Below are positions 25,501-37,713 of a stretch of 64,000 nucleotides of DNA, piece after piece. A program made the position numbers and the translations under genes. The notes beneath the pieces are model-generated. The model searched no databases and was not told the DNA's origin. It worked only from the letters and a program-made list of their open reading frames with translations. Source of the stretch: the human T2T-CHM13v2.0 reference genome, Homo sapiens; NCBI RefSeq assembly GCF_009914755.1, contig NC_060936.1. One strand, 5' to 3'. Each line of letters starts with the position of its first letter. Within the stretch, counting starts at the first letter, position 1.

Positions 25501-26545
25501 TTTTTTTTTCTTCAACTTTTATTTTAAGTTCAGGGGTACATGTGCAGGACATGCAGGTTGTCACATAGGTAAACGTGTGCCATGGTGGTTTGCTGCACCG
25601 ATCAACTCATCACCTAGGTACTAAGACCAGCATGCATTAACTATTTTTCTTGACACTCTCCCTGCCCCCACCCACTCCCTCCAACAGGCCCCAATGTATG
25701 TTGTCCCCTGTCATGTGTCCATGTGTTCTCATCATTTACCTTCCACTTATAAGTGAGAACATGTGATGTTTGGCTTTCTGTTCCTGCATGAGTTTACTGA
25801 TGATAATGACTTCTAACTCCATCTACGTCCCTGCCAAGCACATGATCTTGTTCCTTTTTATGGCTGCATAGTATTCCATGTGTATGTGTGCCACGTTTTC
25901 TTTATCCAGTCTATCATTTATGGGCATTTAGGTTGATTCCATGTCTTTGCTAGTGTGGATAGTGCTGGAATGAACATATGCGTGCATGTGTCTTTATAGT
26001 AAAATGATTTATACTCCTTTGAGTATATTCCCAGTAATGGGATTGCTGGGTCAAATGGTATTTCTGCCTCTAGGTCTTTGAGGAATCACCACACTGTCTT
26101 CCACAATGGTTGAACTAATTTACACTCCCACCAACAGTGTAAGAGTGTTCCGTTTTCTCTGCAACCTCACCAGTATCTGTTGTATTTTGACTTTTTAATA
26201 ATAGCCATTCTGACTGGCATGAGATAGTATCTCACTGTGGTTTTGATTTGCATTTCTCTAATGATCAGTGATGTTGAGCTTTTTTTCATATGTTTGTTGG
26301 CCTCATGTATGTCTTCCTTTGAGAAGTGTTTGTTCATGTCCTTTGCCCACTTTTTAATGGTTTTTTTTTTCTTGTAAATTTGTTTAAATTTCTTGTAGAC
26401 TCTGGATGTTAAATCTTTGTCAGATGAATAGATTGCAAAATTTTTCTCCCATTCTGTAGGTTGTCTGTTCACTCTCATGATCGTTTCTTTGGCTGTGCAG
26501 AAGCTCTTTAGTTTAATTAGATCCCATTTGTCAATTTTTGCTTTT
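25501..26545 (-). mobile_element. 5'-truncated L1PA (about PA8-11) 3' end
   Basis: L1 3'UTR plus ORF2 C-terminus ([11 protein letters not shown]..., ORF 26167..26478); probable TSD tacaaca(ca/tg)aat. Confidence 0.93.
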
Positions 26546-27019
26546 TACAACATGAATCTCTAAATATTGCAAGATACTTCACTGCACGACGTACTATAAT
26601 GAATTTAGCCATTGTTAAGCCATTGTTTAACCATAAATAATGCTGCAATGAACATCTTCCTTTTGTGCTTAAGAATGGAAGGTTGAGGGGCAGAGTTCTA
26701 GGTTTTTCCTTGGCTCAGCTCCTTCAGATGCATTTTTATAGCATTATCTCATTTAATCTTTTCAGCAACACTGTGGTTGGATATAACTGTGATCCCCATT
26801 GTACAAATTAGGAAAGTGGGACTCCAAGAGGCCCAGTAACTTGCTCAAGATCACAGAAGGAATTAGCCAGCATAAGAGAGGTGTTAACAAAGAATTAGTT
26901 CCCTACTAAGACTTTCTCTCTCAAGTGATCCAAACGACCAAAAGAAAATGGAAGAGAGAAAAACTCAGCCTTTGATTCTCAAACTTAACATGCACGTGAC
27001 TCACCTGGAACTGGGGTAA

Positions 27020-27400
27020 AAGCAAATTCATAGGGACTGGGGAGGATGGGAGGTAGAAGTTGAGTGTGGTATAAGAGGGTAGCACGAAGAGTCCTGTGAT
27101 GAACTGTTCTGTTTCTTGACAATTGTGGGGGTTGCATGAATCTACACATGACAAACTTACACAGAACCAAATTGCACCCACAAATGAGGGTAAACTAAAA
27201 CTAAACAAGTAAAACTGTAAAATCTGAATAAGGTGGGTGGATTGGGTCAATGTCAGTCATGTCAATTTTCAGTTTGGGCTTTATACGAGAGTTTTGCAAG
27301 ATGTTACCATTGTGGGGACCTGCATGAAGGGTATAGCAGCTCCCTGGATTATATATTACAACTGATTGTGAATCTACAGTGACCTCAGGATTAAAAGTAA
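27020..27400 (+). mobile_element. L1MD-like 3' end
   Basis: gttttgcaagatgttaccattg...acaactgattgtgaatctaca. Confidence 0.75.
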
Positions 27401-27463
27401 GCCCTCAAACCAGATTTTGACTTAGGAGGTCTGGGGTAGAGTCAGGGACTCTGCATGTCTGTA

Positions 27464-27562
27464 TTGGTCCCTAGAGCCAATGTTGTGACAGCCATGCACT
27501 CACCTGGATGGTGAATCAGCCCAGTGGCTTCCATGAGCTCAGGCTCAGACAACTGACTGCAT
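27464..27562 (+). repeat. 99-bp direct duplicate, copy 2
   Basis: 93/99 identical to 24159-24257. Confidence 0.95.
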
Positions 27563-27619
27563 ATCATGGTTTAAAAAGTACTTGCAAATGATGCTGATGG
27601 CCTGTCCCCAGCCAGGGTC

Positions 27620-28080
27620 TGGAACTGCACCCTACAGTATCGGGAGTCATAAATGGCTATCGGGCACTTGAAATGGGGGCAGTCTAAATTGAGGTGTGCC
27701 ATCAGTGCAGAACACACGTTGGGTTTTGAAGACTTAGTATGAAAAGAGAATGTAAAATATTTCATCAGTAATTTTTAATATTTATTCTATGTTGAAATGA
27801 TATTTTGGCAACATTAGGTTAAATAAAACAGATGTTTAAATTTCTTTTTAGGCCAGGTGCGGTGGCTCACGCCTGTAATCTTAGCAGTTTGTGAGGCTGA
27901 GGCAGGAGGATTGCTTGAGCCCAGGAGTTTGAGACCAGCCTGGGCAGCATGGGAAGACCCCATCTCAAAAACAAAAATTTATTTCACTCGTCTCATTTTT
28001 TTTTTTTTTCAAAATGAGGCTATTAGAAAATTTGATGTTGTACTTGTGGCTTGCATTATATTTTTATCAGATAGCTCTGG
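27620..28080. mobile_element. MER3/MER33-like hAT relic interrupted by Alu monomer
   Basis: gcacttgaaatgg...gaagacttagtatgaaaagagaatgtaaaatat. Confidence 0.7.
27851..27977 (+). mobile_element. Alu left monomer (FLAM/AluJ)
   Basis: ggccaggtgcggtggctcacgcctgtaatc...ccccatctcaaaa. Confidence 0.9.
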
Positions 28081-28449
28081 GCTAGAGCGTTGAAAGAAGA
28101 TGACATCCAGGGGAAAAAAGTGGTGATCAGAGGGGCAGGAGGGGGTCGGTTCATTAGTCAGTCAACAAACAGTTCCTGAACATATGCTATGTGCTCAAGG
28201 TGAGCCACGCAGCCGTAGCCTCTGACCTTGTGGAGCTGGCAGTTTAGAGTGGGAAAACCCAGTTATCTGGGGACATCCTGAAAACAAGGAGAGGGGCTTT
28301 CAGAGAGGAAGCAAAGGGCCATAACAGAGTTGGAGTTTGTGGCAATATTGCCACTGACTTTGAACCTGGCCGCAGGCTGATGTGTTCAAACAATAAAGTT
28401 AATTCTGTTCTCTGGTCCAGGCACCGGGCTAAGTCTTGTCTGCATAATG

Positions 28450-28630
28450 GAATAATCAACTGGACAACCCCGCTAGGTAGGTACTGGCATTAGCCCCATC
28501 TTACAGCTGCAAAAGAGGTGCTCTGAGAGGTAAAGTGCCCTGCCCCAACGCGTACAACTAGAGAGCAGCCAAACAGGTGTTTGAACCCAGCTCTGCCTGA
28601 CTTCAGATCTGTGTGCTTAACTGCCATGAG
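28450..28630 (-). mobile_element. MIR
   Basis: ccccatcttacagctg...ctctgagaggtaaagtg...tttgaacccag. Confidence 0.7.
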
Positions 28631-29029
28631 AAACCACTTTTCTTTGCTCCTGGCTGCAGAAATGCAATGCTGCAATGTTGCATTCATATTTATTGTTTCA
28701 GGGCTCTCTCTCATGCCAGCTCTCCAAAGGGGAGAAGTAGGCTGCCCAATTCCCGCCCTCTCCTCACGACCTTGCTGGCACCCTCCCCAGCTGATATCAT
28801 AGGAAAATTTGACCCATTCCCAAATTCAGCCTCTCCACATTCAGCAAGCCCCTATCCCCATGCCTGTGGCTACTGGCCAACTCTTGGGTTGGGGGTGACG
28901 CTGCCAGCAGTGGGGGACTTGCCCCTGTGGCCAGAACAAAGTTGGAACTGAAGTCACCTCCACCTCCTCCCCTCTTCCTCCCTACCACCCTCCCAGCTGC
29001 CTGCCACGGTCCCCAAGCCACCCCCAGCT

Positions 29030-29190
29030 TCAGTGCAATTTAATGTCTCACCGAGCTGTCCTTATTTGACAAACAGGTGATTTTGCTAACGAGGAATAAA
29101 TGAGATCCACACGATGAGAGAGGGTGTGCGGCAGCTGGCGTGAGGGCAACATGCGCTGGGTTTATTAAAATAATATCTGGCCACATGCTC
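29030..29190. promoter_or_regulatory. Candidate conserved non-coding element
   Basis: Unique, CpG-retaining block with tttaat, tgacaaaca, cagctg, tttattaaaa motifs; inference. Confidence 0.3.
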
Positions 29191-29446
29191 AGAACTCAGG
29201 GTCCAGGGTGGGGGAGCACCTCGCTTTTCTCTCCACCACCTTCTGCTCCTGCCCAGCCATCATCTTGTCCCTGTTCCCTTCCAGCTTCCGAAAGGGTGCC
29301 TGTCCCCAATTTGGGCTGGACAGTTGGCATGGATGGGGGAAGCCTGGAAGACGGAGGTGTGAGAACCTGGGTGTGTGAGTGTGAGTACGTGTGTGTATGT
29401 GACTGTGTGTGAGTGTGATCGCGTGCACATGCATGCCTACGTATGT

Positions 29447-29512
29447 GACTGTGTGCGGGGCTGGACTGTGTGTGCGGGGCTGGACTGTGTGTGCGGGGCT
29501 GGTCTGTGTGGG
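29447..29512. repeat. 19-bp minisatellite gactgtgtgtgcggggctg, about 3.5 copies, in TG-rich tract
   Basis: Copies start at 29447, 29464, 29483. Confidence 0.85.
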
Positions 29513-30356
29513 AGAGGCAAGTTTAACAGAAAAGGGAGCAGGAGAGAGTGGGTGGGGGATTTGAAGAGAGTGGGCAGGAGACAGGGAGGAAGTGAGGCAA
29601 ACAGGGGCCCAAGGAGGGGAACAGTGGGAGCCTGGGAGCACAGAAGCCCCAAGTGGTGGGGGAGCTCTGGGTTCTGGGATGGCTCTGAAGTTACTGCGGT
29701 ATGACCTGGGGTGGGTGTCCTCGCTCTCTGGGCCTTGGTTTCCCCCACCTGCGCAATGAGGGGTTGAACTTTTGCCTTGTGCTGGTCCTTCTTGCACTGC
29801 TGTTTGATGAGAAAGGAAGACAGCAGAGTTGGGAAGGGGAGAGGAGGAGCCACAGTACAGGGGAGATGTTTCCTATTCTAAGGCTGGGGCGCTAAGAGAA
29901 AGTGTGACCCCAACTCCCCAGGGGCAGCCTGGCCACATTTGCACCAAACCTGGATGGTGGATCTTCAGGCAGGAATGGGAGTGAGGGCAAGGTCTGAAAC
30001 GAAGGAAACAGACAGGTGGTGAGAAGGTGGACTTAGGATGGAGCAGGCAGCGGTGGCTGGGAAGGCGGGAGGCGTGTCCTGGGCTTTGCATCTCTGGCTT
30101 TGCTTATGCTGTTCCCTCTTTGTCCCTTTCTGCCTGGACTCATCCTCAGACTCAGGCCCACTATACCTCCTCTCTGAGGCTGTTCACCTTCTCCTATTCC
30201 CCCCAGCAGACATTACTCTCTTTTTGAGCCCAGGGAGCAGCAAGAGGACCATAGGAGAGGGTGGCATCCTGGAAGGCCTCCTGGGGGAGGTGAGGCCTGA
30301 AAGTGAGTTTCAAAGGAGGCAATGGCTCCTGAACTTCTGACAGTCCATGCCCCTTG

Positions 30357-30447
30357 TGGGTCTGTGCCCACCTGCCCATGACTTTTACTTAACATTGCTC
30401 TTGAAGTGGTGTTACATAAAAGTCATGGGCAGGTGGGCACAGACCCA
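30357..30447. other. 91-nt inverted-repeat hairpin with perfect 31-bp arms
   Basis: 30357-30387 is the exact reverse complement of 30417-30447. Confidence 0.95.
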
Positions 30448-30949
30448 AAACATTTACTTAGCATTGCTTACAACGTTTACTTAATATTGTTCTTGAAGTC
30501 AGCCAACCCTTTGTGCTTAAGTGGATTTGGAGAGGCAATGTGTACATTACAGTGGCGTGGAAATCCAGCATCACTGAATGGGCTTGTTAACATATTTTCT
30601 ACCAGAAATGTATTTTCCTGGGTGACTCATGGCATTAGGACACGTTGGTCTAGGCACAGGGGGAAAAGTGACAGGAATCCCTGAGGCTCCAACTGGGGGC
30701 CTGAGCTGAGGCGGGGCAGGGGGCGTGGTGGGGGCAGGGCAAGCAGGTCTGTGGGGCCTGGATGCCAGAGGAGAGGGGTGGGCTCCATTAGCCAGAGAAG
30801 GTTGGAATGGGCATGTCGAAGTGGCCAACGTGCTCCCGCTCCTGGGGCCAGGGAGGCTTCCAGTCACCTGAAGGTGTGGGGTGGGGTCTCCTAGGGACAG
30901 CGTCACCGCTTCTGGCCTGTCCACGTGCCCTATGACTGCTGTCACTGTT

Positions 30950-31340
30950 CTCCCTTTCTCTGTTCCTGTCACTCCCTGAGCCTCTTTCTCTTTGAAGTGC
31001 CAGGCTGTCTGTCTGTCTGTCTTCTCTCATCTCTGTCATTTTCCTTCTGGGTTCCTGCCGTGTGCACAGCCTCTCCTCCACAAGGCAGGCTGGGTCCCTC
31101 CTCCTCTTCCTCCTCTCTGACTCCTCTCCCCCTGCTCCCCAGCCAGCCTTTCTCCCCAGAGTCTCTCCTCTGTATCTGCCTTCTCTGTGTCTCTCTGCTT
31201 CTCAGTCTCTTCCCATCTTCCTTTCTCCTTTCTCTCTGCCTCTCTGTTCCCTCCCTCCCTTAGTCTCTTTGCCCATCTCTGACTTCCAGGCTCTCTAGAT
31301 CTAACTCCATGTCTCTCTGTCTTTATGTCTTTCTCTCTTT
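30950..31340. repeat. CT-rich low-complexity tract
   Basis: Pyrimidine-dominated. Confidence 0.8.
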
Positions 31341-33052
31341 CCCATAAAACAAGGATGTCACCCCCGCACAAGGATAGTGATCCTTCAGCCCCTCCCCCCC
31401 ACCAACACACTGTCCTTAAATGCACACTAAAACCCTAAATGTCCATGGTGTACCCTCAGCTCATGGGTCCCCACTGCAGCCATCTCATCTAGGAACCCAC
31501 CCTGTCTTCTTGTGGGTGGAATGAAGTTCACCCTTGACCGTCTTAAGGACACTCCCTCTGAGCCCAGGGCACAGCACACAGTAGGTCTTTGGGAATGGTT
31601 TGAGGAGTGACCATGATGGGTACAGCTGTTCAGGCTGGTCCTGCTGCTGTGTGGTTTTATCTCCGAGAAACTCACCCTCCCAGAGTGGAAGGAAGAGAAG
31701 CAAACACACACACCCCCACCCACCTGGCTCCCCTCACCCTTCCTTGACAGAGGAAAGACAGTTTTCTTGTCTCCGGCTGTCTTCCTTCCCATCCATCATT
31801 TCCTCTTTTCTGCTCCCTCCTCCAGTCCCACACCCAATCACTCTTACTGACTCCTGGTGCCCTCCCCCAATCTCCATCTCCATTGGCCCCAACGCAAACA
31901 GTCTCTCCTCCTTGCAGGGATCAGAAGTGAGCCAGGGTGATGGGGAGGGAGGTGTCTTGAGAATCAAGAGTAGAGATGATTCCGGGATATGCATAGAGCT
32001 CTGTTGGTTAATAGCCCGGAAGCCTCCCTCTCCCCACACCTCCAGTCACATGGAAGGCGGGGAGCAGAATTTCCATCTGAGATTTCTCAGGGCTTCCCAT
32101 CTTAAGTGAGAACCCAATACCATCCTTTAACAATGATATTCAAAGTTATACCGTGATGCTATGTTGTAAGCATTTATCCATGCTTAGATCTTTAAGAAGT
32201 AATTTATAAAATTTCAATACAGAATGATCCAAACCCCAACAAAACAAAGCAAAACACCCAGGCACAGAAAACAGCCTGGAAAGAAATAAGCTATAATATT
32301 AATGTTGGTTTTCTTTGAGTGGTGAGATGCTAAGTAAAACATGTATACTTTTAAATCTTTTTTTCTGTATTTTCCAAATATTTCTTAGTGAGCCTTTTAA
32401 GATTAATTCATTGTTCTCAAGTGGCTATGTTTATCCATGCAGCTGTATATGTGCTTAACATTTTGAACACCTATTTAACAGTGCTATTTTGAAAGTACTT
32501 TATTCTCGTGTTTACGTTTTATTTATTTTTGGAGTAGGTAATACCTTCGTGTGGTTTATAACTCAAAAGCTACCAAAAAAGTATGAAGTGAAACTACTAC
32601 CTCTCTCCCTCCCTGGCCACCTGGCTCTCCTTCCTAGAGGGAAACGGTAGCACCTGTTCCTTATATATGCTTCCAGCGACAACATCATGTTAGGAATTCA
32701 GAAACATACATACTCCTTTAAGAATAGAGATTACTCAAGGATTCTGTAGCACCACTGAGTTTTCCCTTCTGCTTCAGGAGACCTAGTCCTGGGCCAAAGG
32801 TTGGAATTTCCCCAGCCCAGACAGGTGGTCTCTCTGGCCAATGTCCTCTTCCAGAACTCTTCCTTCCAGCCCTCCTGGCCTCCGACACTGGCCAAGACAC
32901 AAAGTATCCCTTTTTCTTTTTCAAACCCTCTAGTATTCCTGATTACAAAAGCAATGCCTGAATGAAAACATTCTGGAAACAGGCAATATAGAACCTTCAC
33001 TGTAATTGTACCCTCAGACACAATCAACAGGAACATCTTTTGGTTAATATTT

Positions 33053-33424
33053 TGCTGTGGTTTGAATGTGTCTCCCAAAATTCATGTGTTGGAAATTTAA
33101 TCCCTAATGCAACAGAGTTGAGAGTTGGGACCTTTAAGAGATGATTAGTTCTTGAGGGTGCTGTCCTAATGAATAGATTAATGTTGTTAATGTGAGAGTG
33201 GGTTTGTTATCAAAGTGAGTTTAGCCCTCTCTTGCTCTCTCTCCCTCTCTCACAGCGTGTTGCCTTCTGCTATGTTATGATGCAGCAAGAAGGCCCTCAC
33301 CAGTTGCAGGCCCTTGATCTTGGACTTCCCAGCCTCCAGAATCTTGAGCCAGCTACATTTCTGTTCATTAAAAATTACCCAGTCTGGGGTACTCTGCTAT
33401 AGCAGCAGGAAACAGACTAAGACA
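33053..33424 (+). mobile_element. MSTC-like MaLR solo LTR
   Basis: tgctgtggtttgaatgtg...acagactaagaca; 5-bp TSD tattt/tagtt. Confidence 0.88.
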
Positions 33425-34679
33425 TAGTTCCTCAGCATTTTATTCTAGGTATATACTTTTAGAAAGTGGAGGTGGATGGAGCAGAGTGTGTGGCATTTTC
33501 CAATTCTTTACTTAATATATCTTCACTTAATTTATCTGTCAAGTCAGTACAGAGAAATATGCCTCATTAATAAGATCCATTTTTGAGATGTGGTTTGGAG
33601 TAAGAGAAGGGAAACATTTTGTGCTTTGTCTGATGTTCCTTATTCCTTGCTTTTTGTCTTTTTTTTTTTTTTTCAGGTGCAGGGCCTGATGAAGTCTAGA
33701 TGGGTGAAATTAGTAGCCAAGCTAGGGTACTCAAGGTACTTGATGCCTCAGCTGGAAGGAAAGAGACCCAGAGGTCCCCAGAATGGTGGAGCAATGCTCT
33801 CCAGCCAAGTAGGAAACACTTATTTTGCTAGAAATGATGAAGGGCTGCTTTGGTCCAAGCTAGCAACTGTGGCCCAGGCTCATGGTCGCTCAGTATTAGC
33901 TTGAGACACCTTAAAAAGACGATGTAGCTCACCTCGCTGAAGCTTCCATAGACTGAGCTGCCAGAGCTGGCCGGGACCTGGGAAATCTCCAGATGAAGGT
34001 GGCTTTAGAGCCAGGAGACCTTATCTAGTTGCAGCTTGGTGAGACCCATGACACATCCTCCTCCTCCCTGGGCCCCAGTTTCCCATCTGTAAGAAAAAGA
34101 AAGTGGAGGGGGTGTTAGCATTAAATGAGAGCTTAGGAGATGCCAGGTGCTGTGCCAAGTTCTTTACATTTGATGATCTCATTTTATCCCCAGCAACTCA
34201 GCAAGGTAGGTACTGTTAGAAGAGGAGCCATGATTCAAAGAGATGAGAGAATTTCCCTGAACAGATCCAAATGATAAATACAGGGGCCAGGATTTGAACC
34301 TAGGATTGCCCAACTCCAGAGCCCAACCTCTCGACCCAATGGCCTAAGATTCCGTGCCTTAAACTGACTTTCCCATAAAGACAGCCACCAAGGGGACTAG
34401 GAATGTGATTGTGTCTTTAGTGGGCTTGGGTTTGACTTTCTCCGACATTGTGTTCCTTACAATCTTCTGATGCTCTTGGCCTCTTGGAGACCAGGCTTTG
34501 GATCCTACTCATTCTTGCATCTCTAACATCCTGTGCATTGCCCTGTGCACAGAAGCACTCAAGAAATATTTGTGACGTCATTTCATAGAGCATCTTTTGA
34601 ACTCCTCTTGTACATTGGGCACTGTCCTAGGTGCTAGGGATAAATAATGAAAAATAATAGTGTGTAATAATAATAGTAT

Positions 34680-34900
34680 TCTTTGTCTTGTGCTAGGTGG
34701 TTTGCTAAATGTACATAGGAATGCACACACACTGTCAACTTGTTTAGTGCAAACCTCAAAACAACCCTACTATACCCTCAATCCTTATATGAGAAAAAAG
34801 CTCAGAGAGGTCAAGAACTTTGTTAAGGGCACACAACTGATAAATAGTAGTGCTGGGATTTAAATATGGGTCTGTCAAGCTCCAAAGTACTCTTTGTCAC
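34680..34900 (-). mobile_element. MIR
   Basis: gctcagagaggtcaagaactttgttaagggcacacaact. Confidence 0.7.
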
Positions 34901-35309
34901 TAAATTGTATTCTTCCATCTTCCCAATCTCTGGCTTCAAGTTGCTCACAGCCTACTTCAGTAGACAGGATACAGGCACAAATAACTATAATAAGAGGTAA
35001 GAGGGGGTAGGTACCTTCAGAGAACTGTAGAGAATGAACGAATAATGCAGATTTTGTGAGCTTAGAAGATGGAGAACCTACTTGTGGTTGGGAAAACAAG
35101 AACGATTTTAGGAAAACACAGTGGCATGTGCATTGGGCATTGGGAAATAGGTAGAATTTGCAACTGCAGAAATTGCAAGAGAGGAGCTCAAGGTGGGGTA
35201 AATGTTCAGAAGTGAGAAATTGCAGAGCAGGTGCAAGAAATGTAGGATGTGAGTTTTTGTGGAGGAAAAGAAGAGGCAGGGAAGGAAATAATAATGATTT
35301 GGACACAAT

Positions 35310-36360
35310 GTATCTTATTAACTTAAATAATTTGTCAGTTGTTTCTTTTGCATTTTGTAGGTAGACAATCATATCACATATACATAATGTCTCTACCTTT
35401 TCAAACATCATATTTTTGTGTTTTTTTTTTCTTGTCTTATTGCATTGGCTAATGCCTGAAGTACAATGTTGAGTAGTGGTGGTGATCTTGGGTAACTTCA
35501 TCCCCATCTTGTATTTAAATGAAAATATTTTAAATATTTCACCAATCTGTATGTCACTTGATGAGATTTCATTAGGAACTGGAGTTGAAACAAATTGTAT
35601 CTGACACATTTATGAGCCTCATCAGATTCTCTTGTCTCATCTGCTTCCCAGACCTTAGCTGTTTGGTCAGCCTTAGTCACCAACAGCAGCCAACTCACTC
35701 CACATAGTCTCATGCAATTCTGCTGTCTAGGGCTGATCAGCTACTAGCCCCGAGTCCCTGACTTTTCTTGTCACTTTTGGACTTAGGAGAAATATCACAA
35801 CACAGTGTATGGCTTCCCAAGCAGCTGCCAGTGGGGCTGTATGATGCAGCCCAGAAATGCAGGGGAGTTAACCCAGGGGAGAATCTTTGACCAAGAGGAT
35901 CAGAAGATAGGGAGGGAGCTGATCTGATAAATTCCCTCCTTCTTCCTCTGGTGGACTAGTCAGAGGCACAACCACATGGAGGTGCCCTGCAAAGCTGAGC
36001 AGCCCAATGGCCAAACAACCTGCTTTCCTTTCCCAAGAAGCAGTGAGCAGCATAGCAATATATCACCTTGCCTTGCTCCCATCTGCTCCTGCCTTAATTC
36101 CTCCTTCTCTCACTCTCACTGCCTTGGGTTTGTACCTTTTAACAAGTTACTGTTTTCTGGAACCTGCACAAGGACATTTTCCATATTCCTATTAAGCATT
36201 TATTGAGATAATCATATCATTTTCCTCTAAGCTGATAATGTTGTGAATGTCATTGACACTTTGTTCCAAAACATGCTTGTATTCCTGGGATAAACCCAAC
36301 TTGGTGAGCAGATCTTTTTGCAGGTGTGGAAGAGTCTGTTTTCCATACTGTCGTATACCT
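35310..36360 (-). mobile_element. Old L1M ORF2 (RT region) remnant split by LTR16
   Basis: Translation CDMIVYLQNAKE resembles L1 RT ADDMIVYLENP; attcctgggataaaccc. Confidence 0.7.
35597..36176 (+). mobile_element. LTR16-family ERVL solo LTR
   Basis: gcagcccagaaatgcaggggagttaac...tttgacca; tg...ca ends. Confidence 0.6.
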
Positions 36361-37713
36361 TGTGAGTGTGGCTGTGTGTGCACACCTGGCCATACAAAGT
36401 ACCACAGCCTCTCTCGTTTCCAGCCGTGTTTCTCCTCTGCAGATGGAGTCAGGCAGGCTGGCAGCTGGAGATGATGGAGGTGGTGGCAGCAGCTCTGAGG
36501 AGAGTGGGAGGGGGAGAGAGTGCAGAAAGTGTGGTAATTAGAAACCAGGCGGTATCACAAATCTCCCAGCCGCACTGACACCCGGGGAGAGTGATCACAC
36601 ACTTGGAGTCAGCCCAGATAACTGTGAAAGCTCTTCACTCCATCTCTAGGCAGTAAGAGGAAGGGGAAGATGAGGGCTTTGGTATCCACAGCCCCACCCC
36701 CTGCACTCAACCCAAGAGAACCATGAGGTCATCCTTGCACTCCCCCTCCCTCAGCTGTGACCTGGGTCAGGGAACTGTGACTCAGAGGTGTGGAGGAGCA
36801 GCCCAGAACCCTGTAAAGATAAGGGAAAGGTCCTGGGATGATGTGGCCCTGGAGAAGGAAAGGTGAGGAAAGAATTCATCGTGGCATCCAATCAAGGCTA
36901 GGTAGTCTTTAACAAGCAAACTCAAACTGGCCCTCATCAGAAGTGGCAAAGCATGCTTCCCAAGGTTGAAAAATTAGTCCCTGAGGAAACTGGAAATTAG
37001 TATGGGTTGAAAGGCTCCTGTGTGTGTGTACCAGGGATGAGTTAGGTTATTTCTCAACAATCCTGCTGTTTGCTGGATGAGGAAGTGGCAGCTCAGAGAG
37101 GCTGCGTCCTTGGCCCAAGGACACACAGCTCTGCAGTGGTGGAGGGGAGATCTCCCTACTTTGGAAGCCATTCATCTCCCTTTTCCCCTAATAAACAAGT
37201 GGAAGCTCTACCTCTATGGGACAGGTGCTTGGAGGTTCAGGGTGTTTTCAGCAGCAGGGAGGTGGGCAGGTGGCCTTTTGATTCCAAAACAATAAACAAA
37301 CAGGAATGTAATCCCCCACCCACTGGAGCTAGCTTCTTTTTGGGCCAGTGACTTTGGTTCCAAGGGAATTATAGAACTAGAGATTCTTCCTCTTTCTCTG
37401 GTTGCAGCAATTCCCAACCCGGGAAGGTGGCCCAAGTGAGCAGCCTTCACTGGCCACAGTGCGAGGCTCTATGGGTGATTCAGGTGTTGCCCTTTCCTTC
37501 CCTTCTCAGGCTGGCCTCCTCCCTAGAGTGGATACCTGGTAAGAAGTAGAAAACTGGAGAGGTGGGGCCAGCCCATGGAAGGTTCCCCAGATCAGCCCAA
37601 GAATTCACATGGAGGATCTGTAGTGGGGTGTCCCAGCCTCTCACTGACTCACTTGTCACTTGGCTCCTGGCTTGTTCTGTTTCCAGAACATTCCAGAATG
37701 GCTTCTGGCATGG

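Noticed and set aside
26167-26478. L1 ORF2-like peptide
   Set aside because: Part of a 5'-truncated dead L1; annotated as a mobile element, not a CDS.
29189-29797. 202-aa Pro/His/Thr-rich ORF
   Set aside because: Produced by TG-rich minisatellite and low-complexity DNA.
34875-35609. 244-aa ORF, the longest in the window
   Set aside because: Chance read-through of a decayed L1 RT fragment and adjacent repeat sequence; not a gene.
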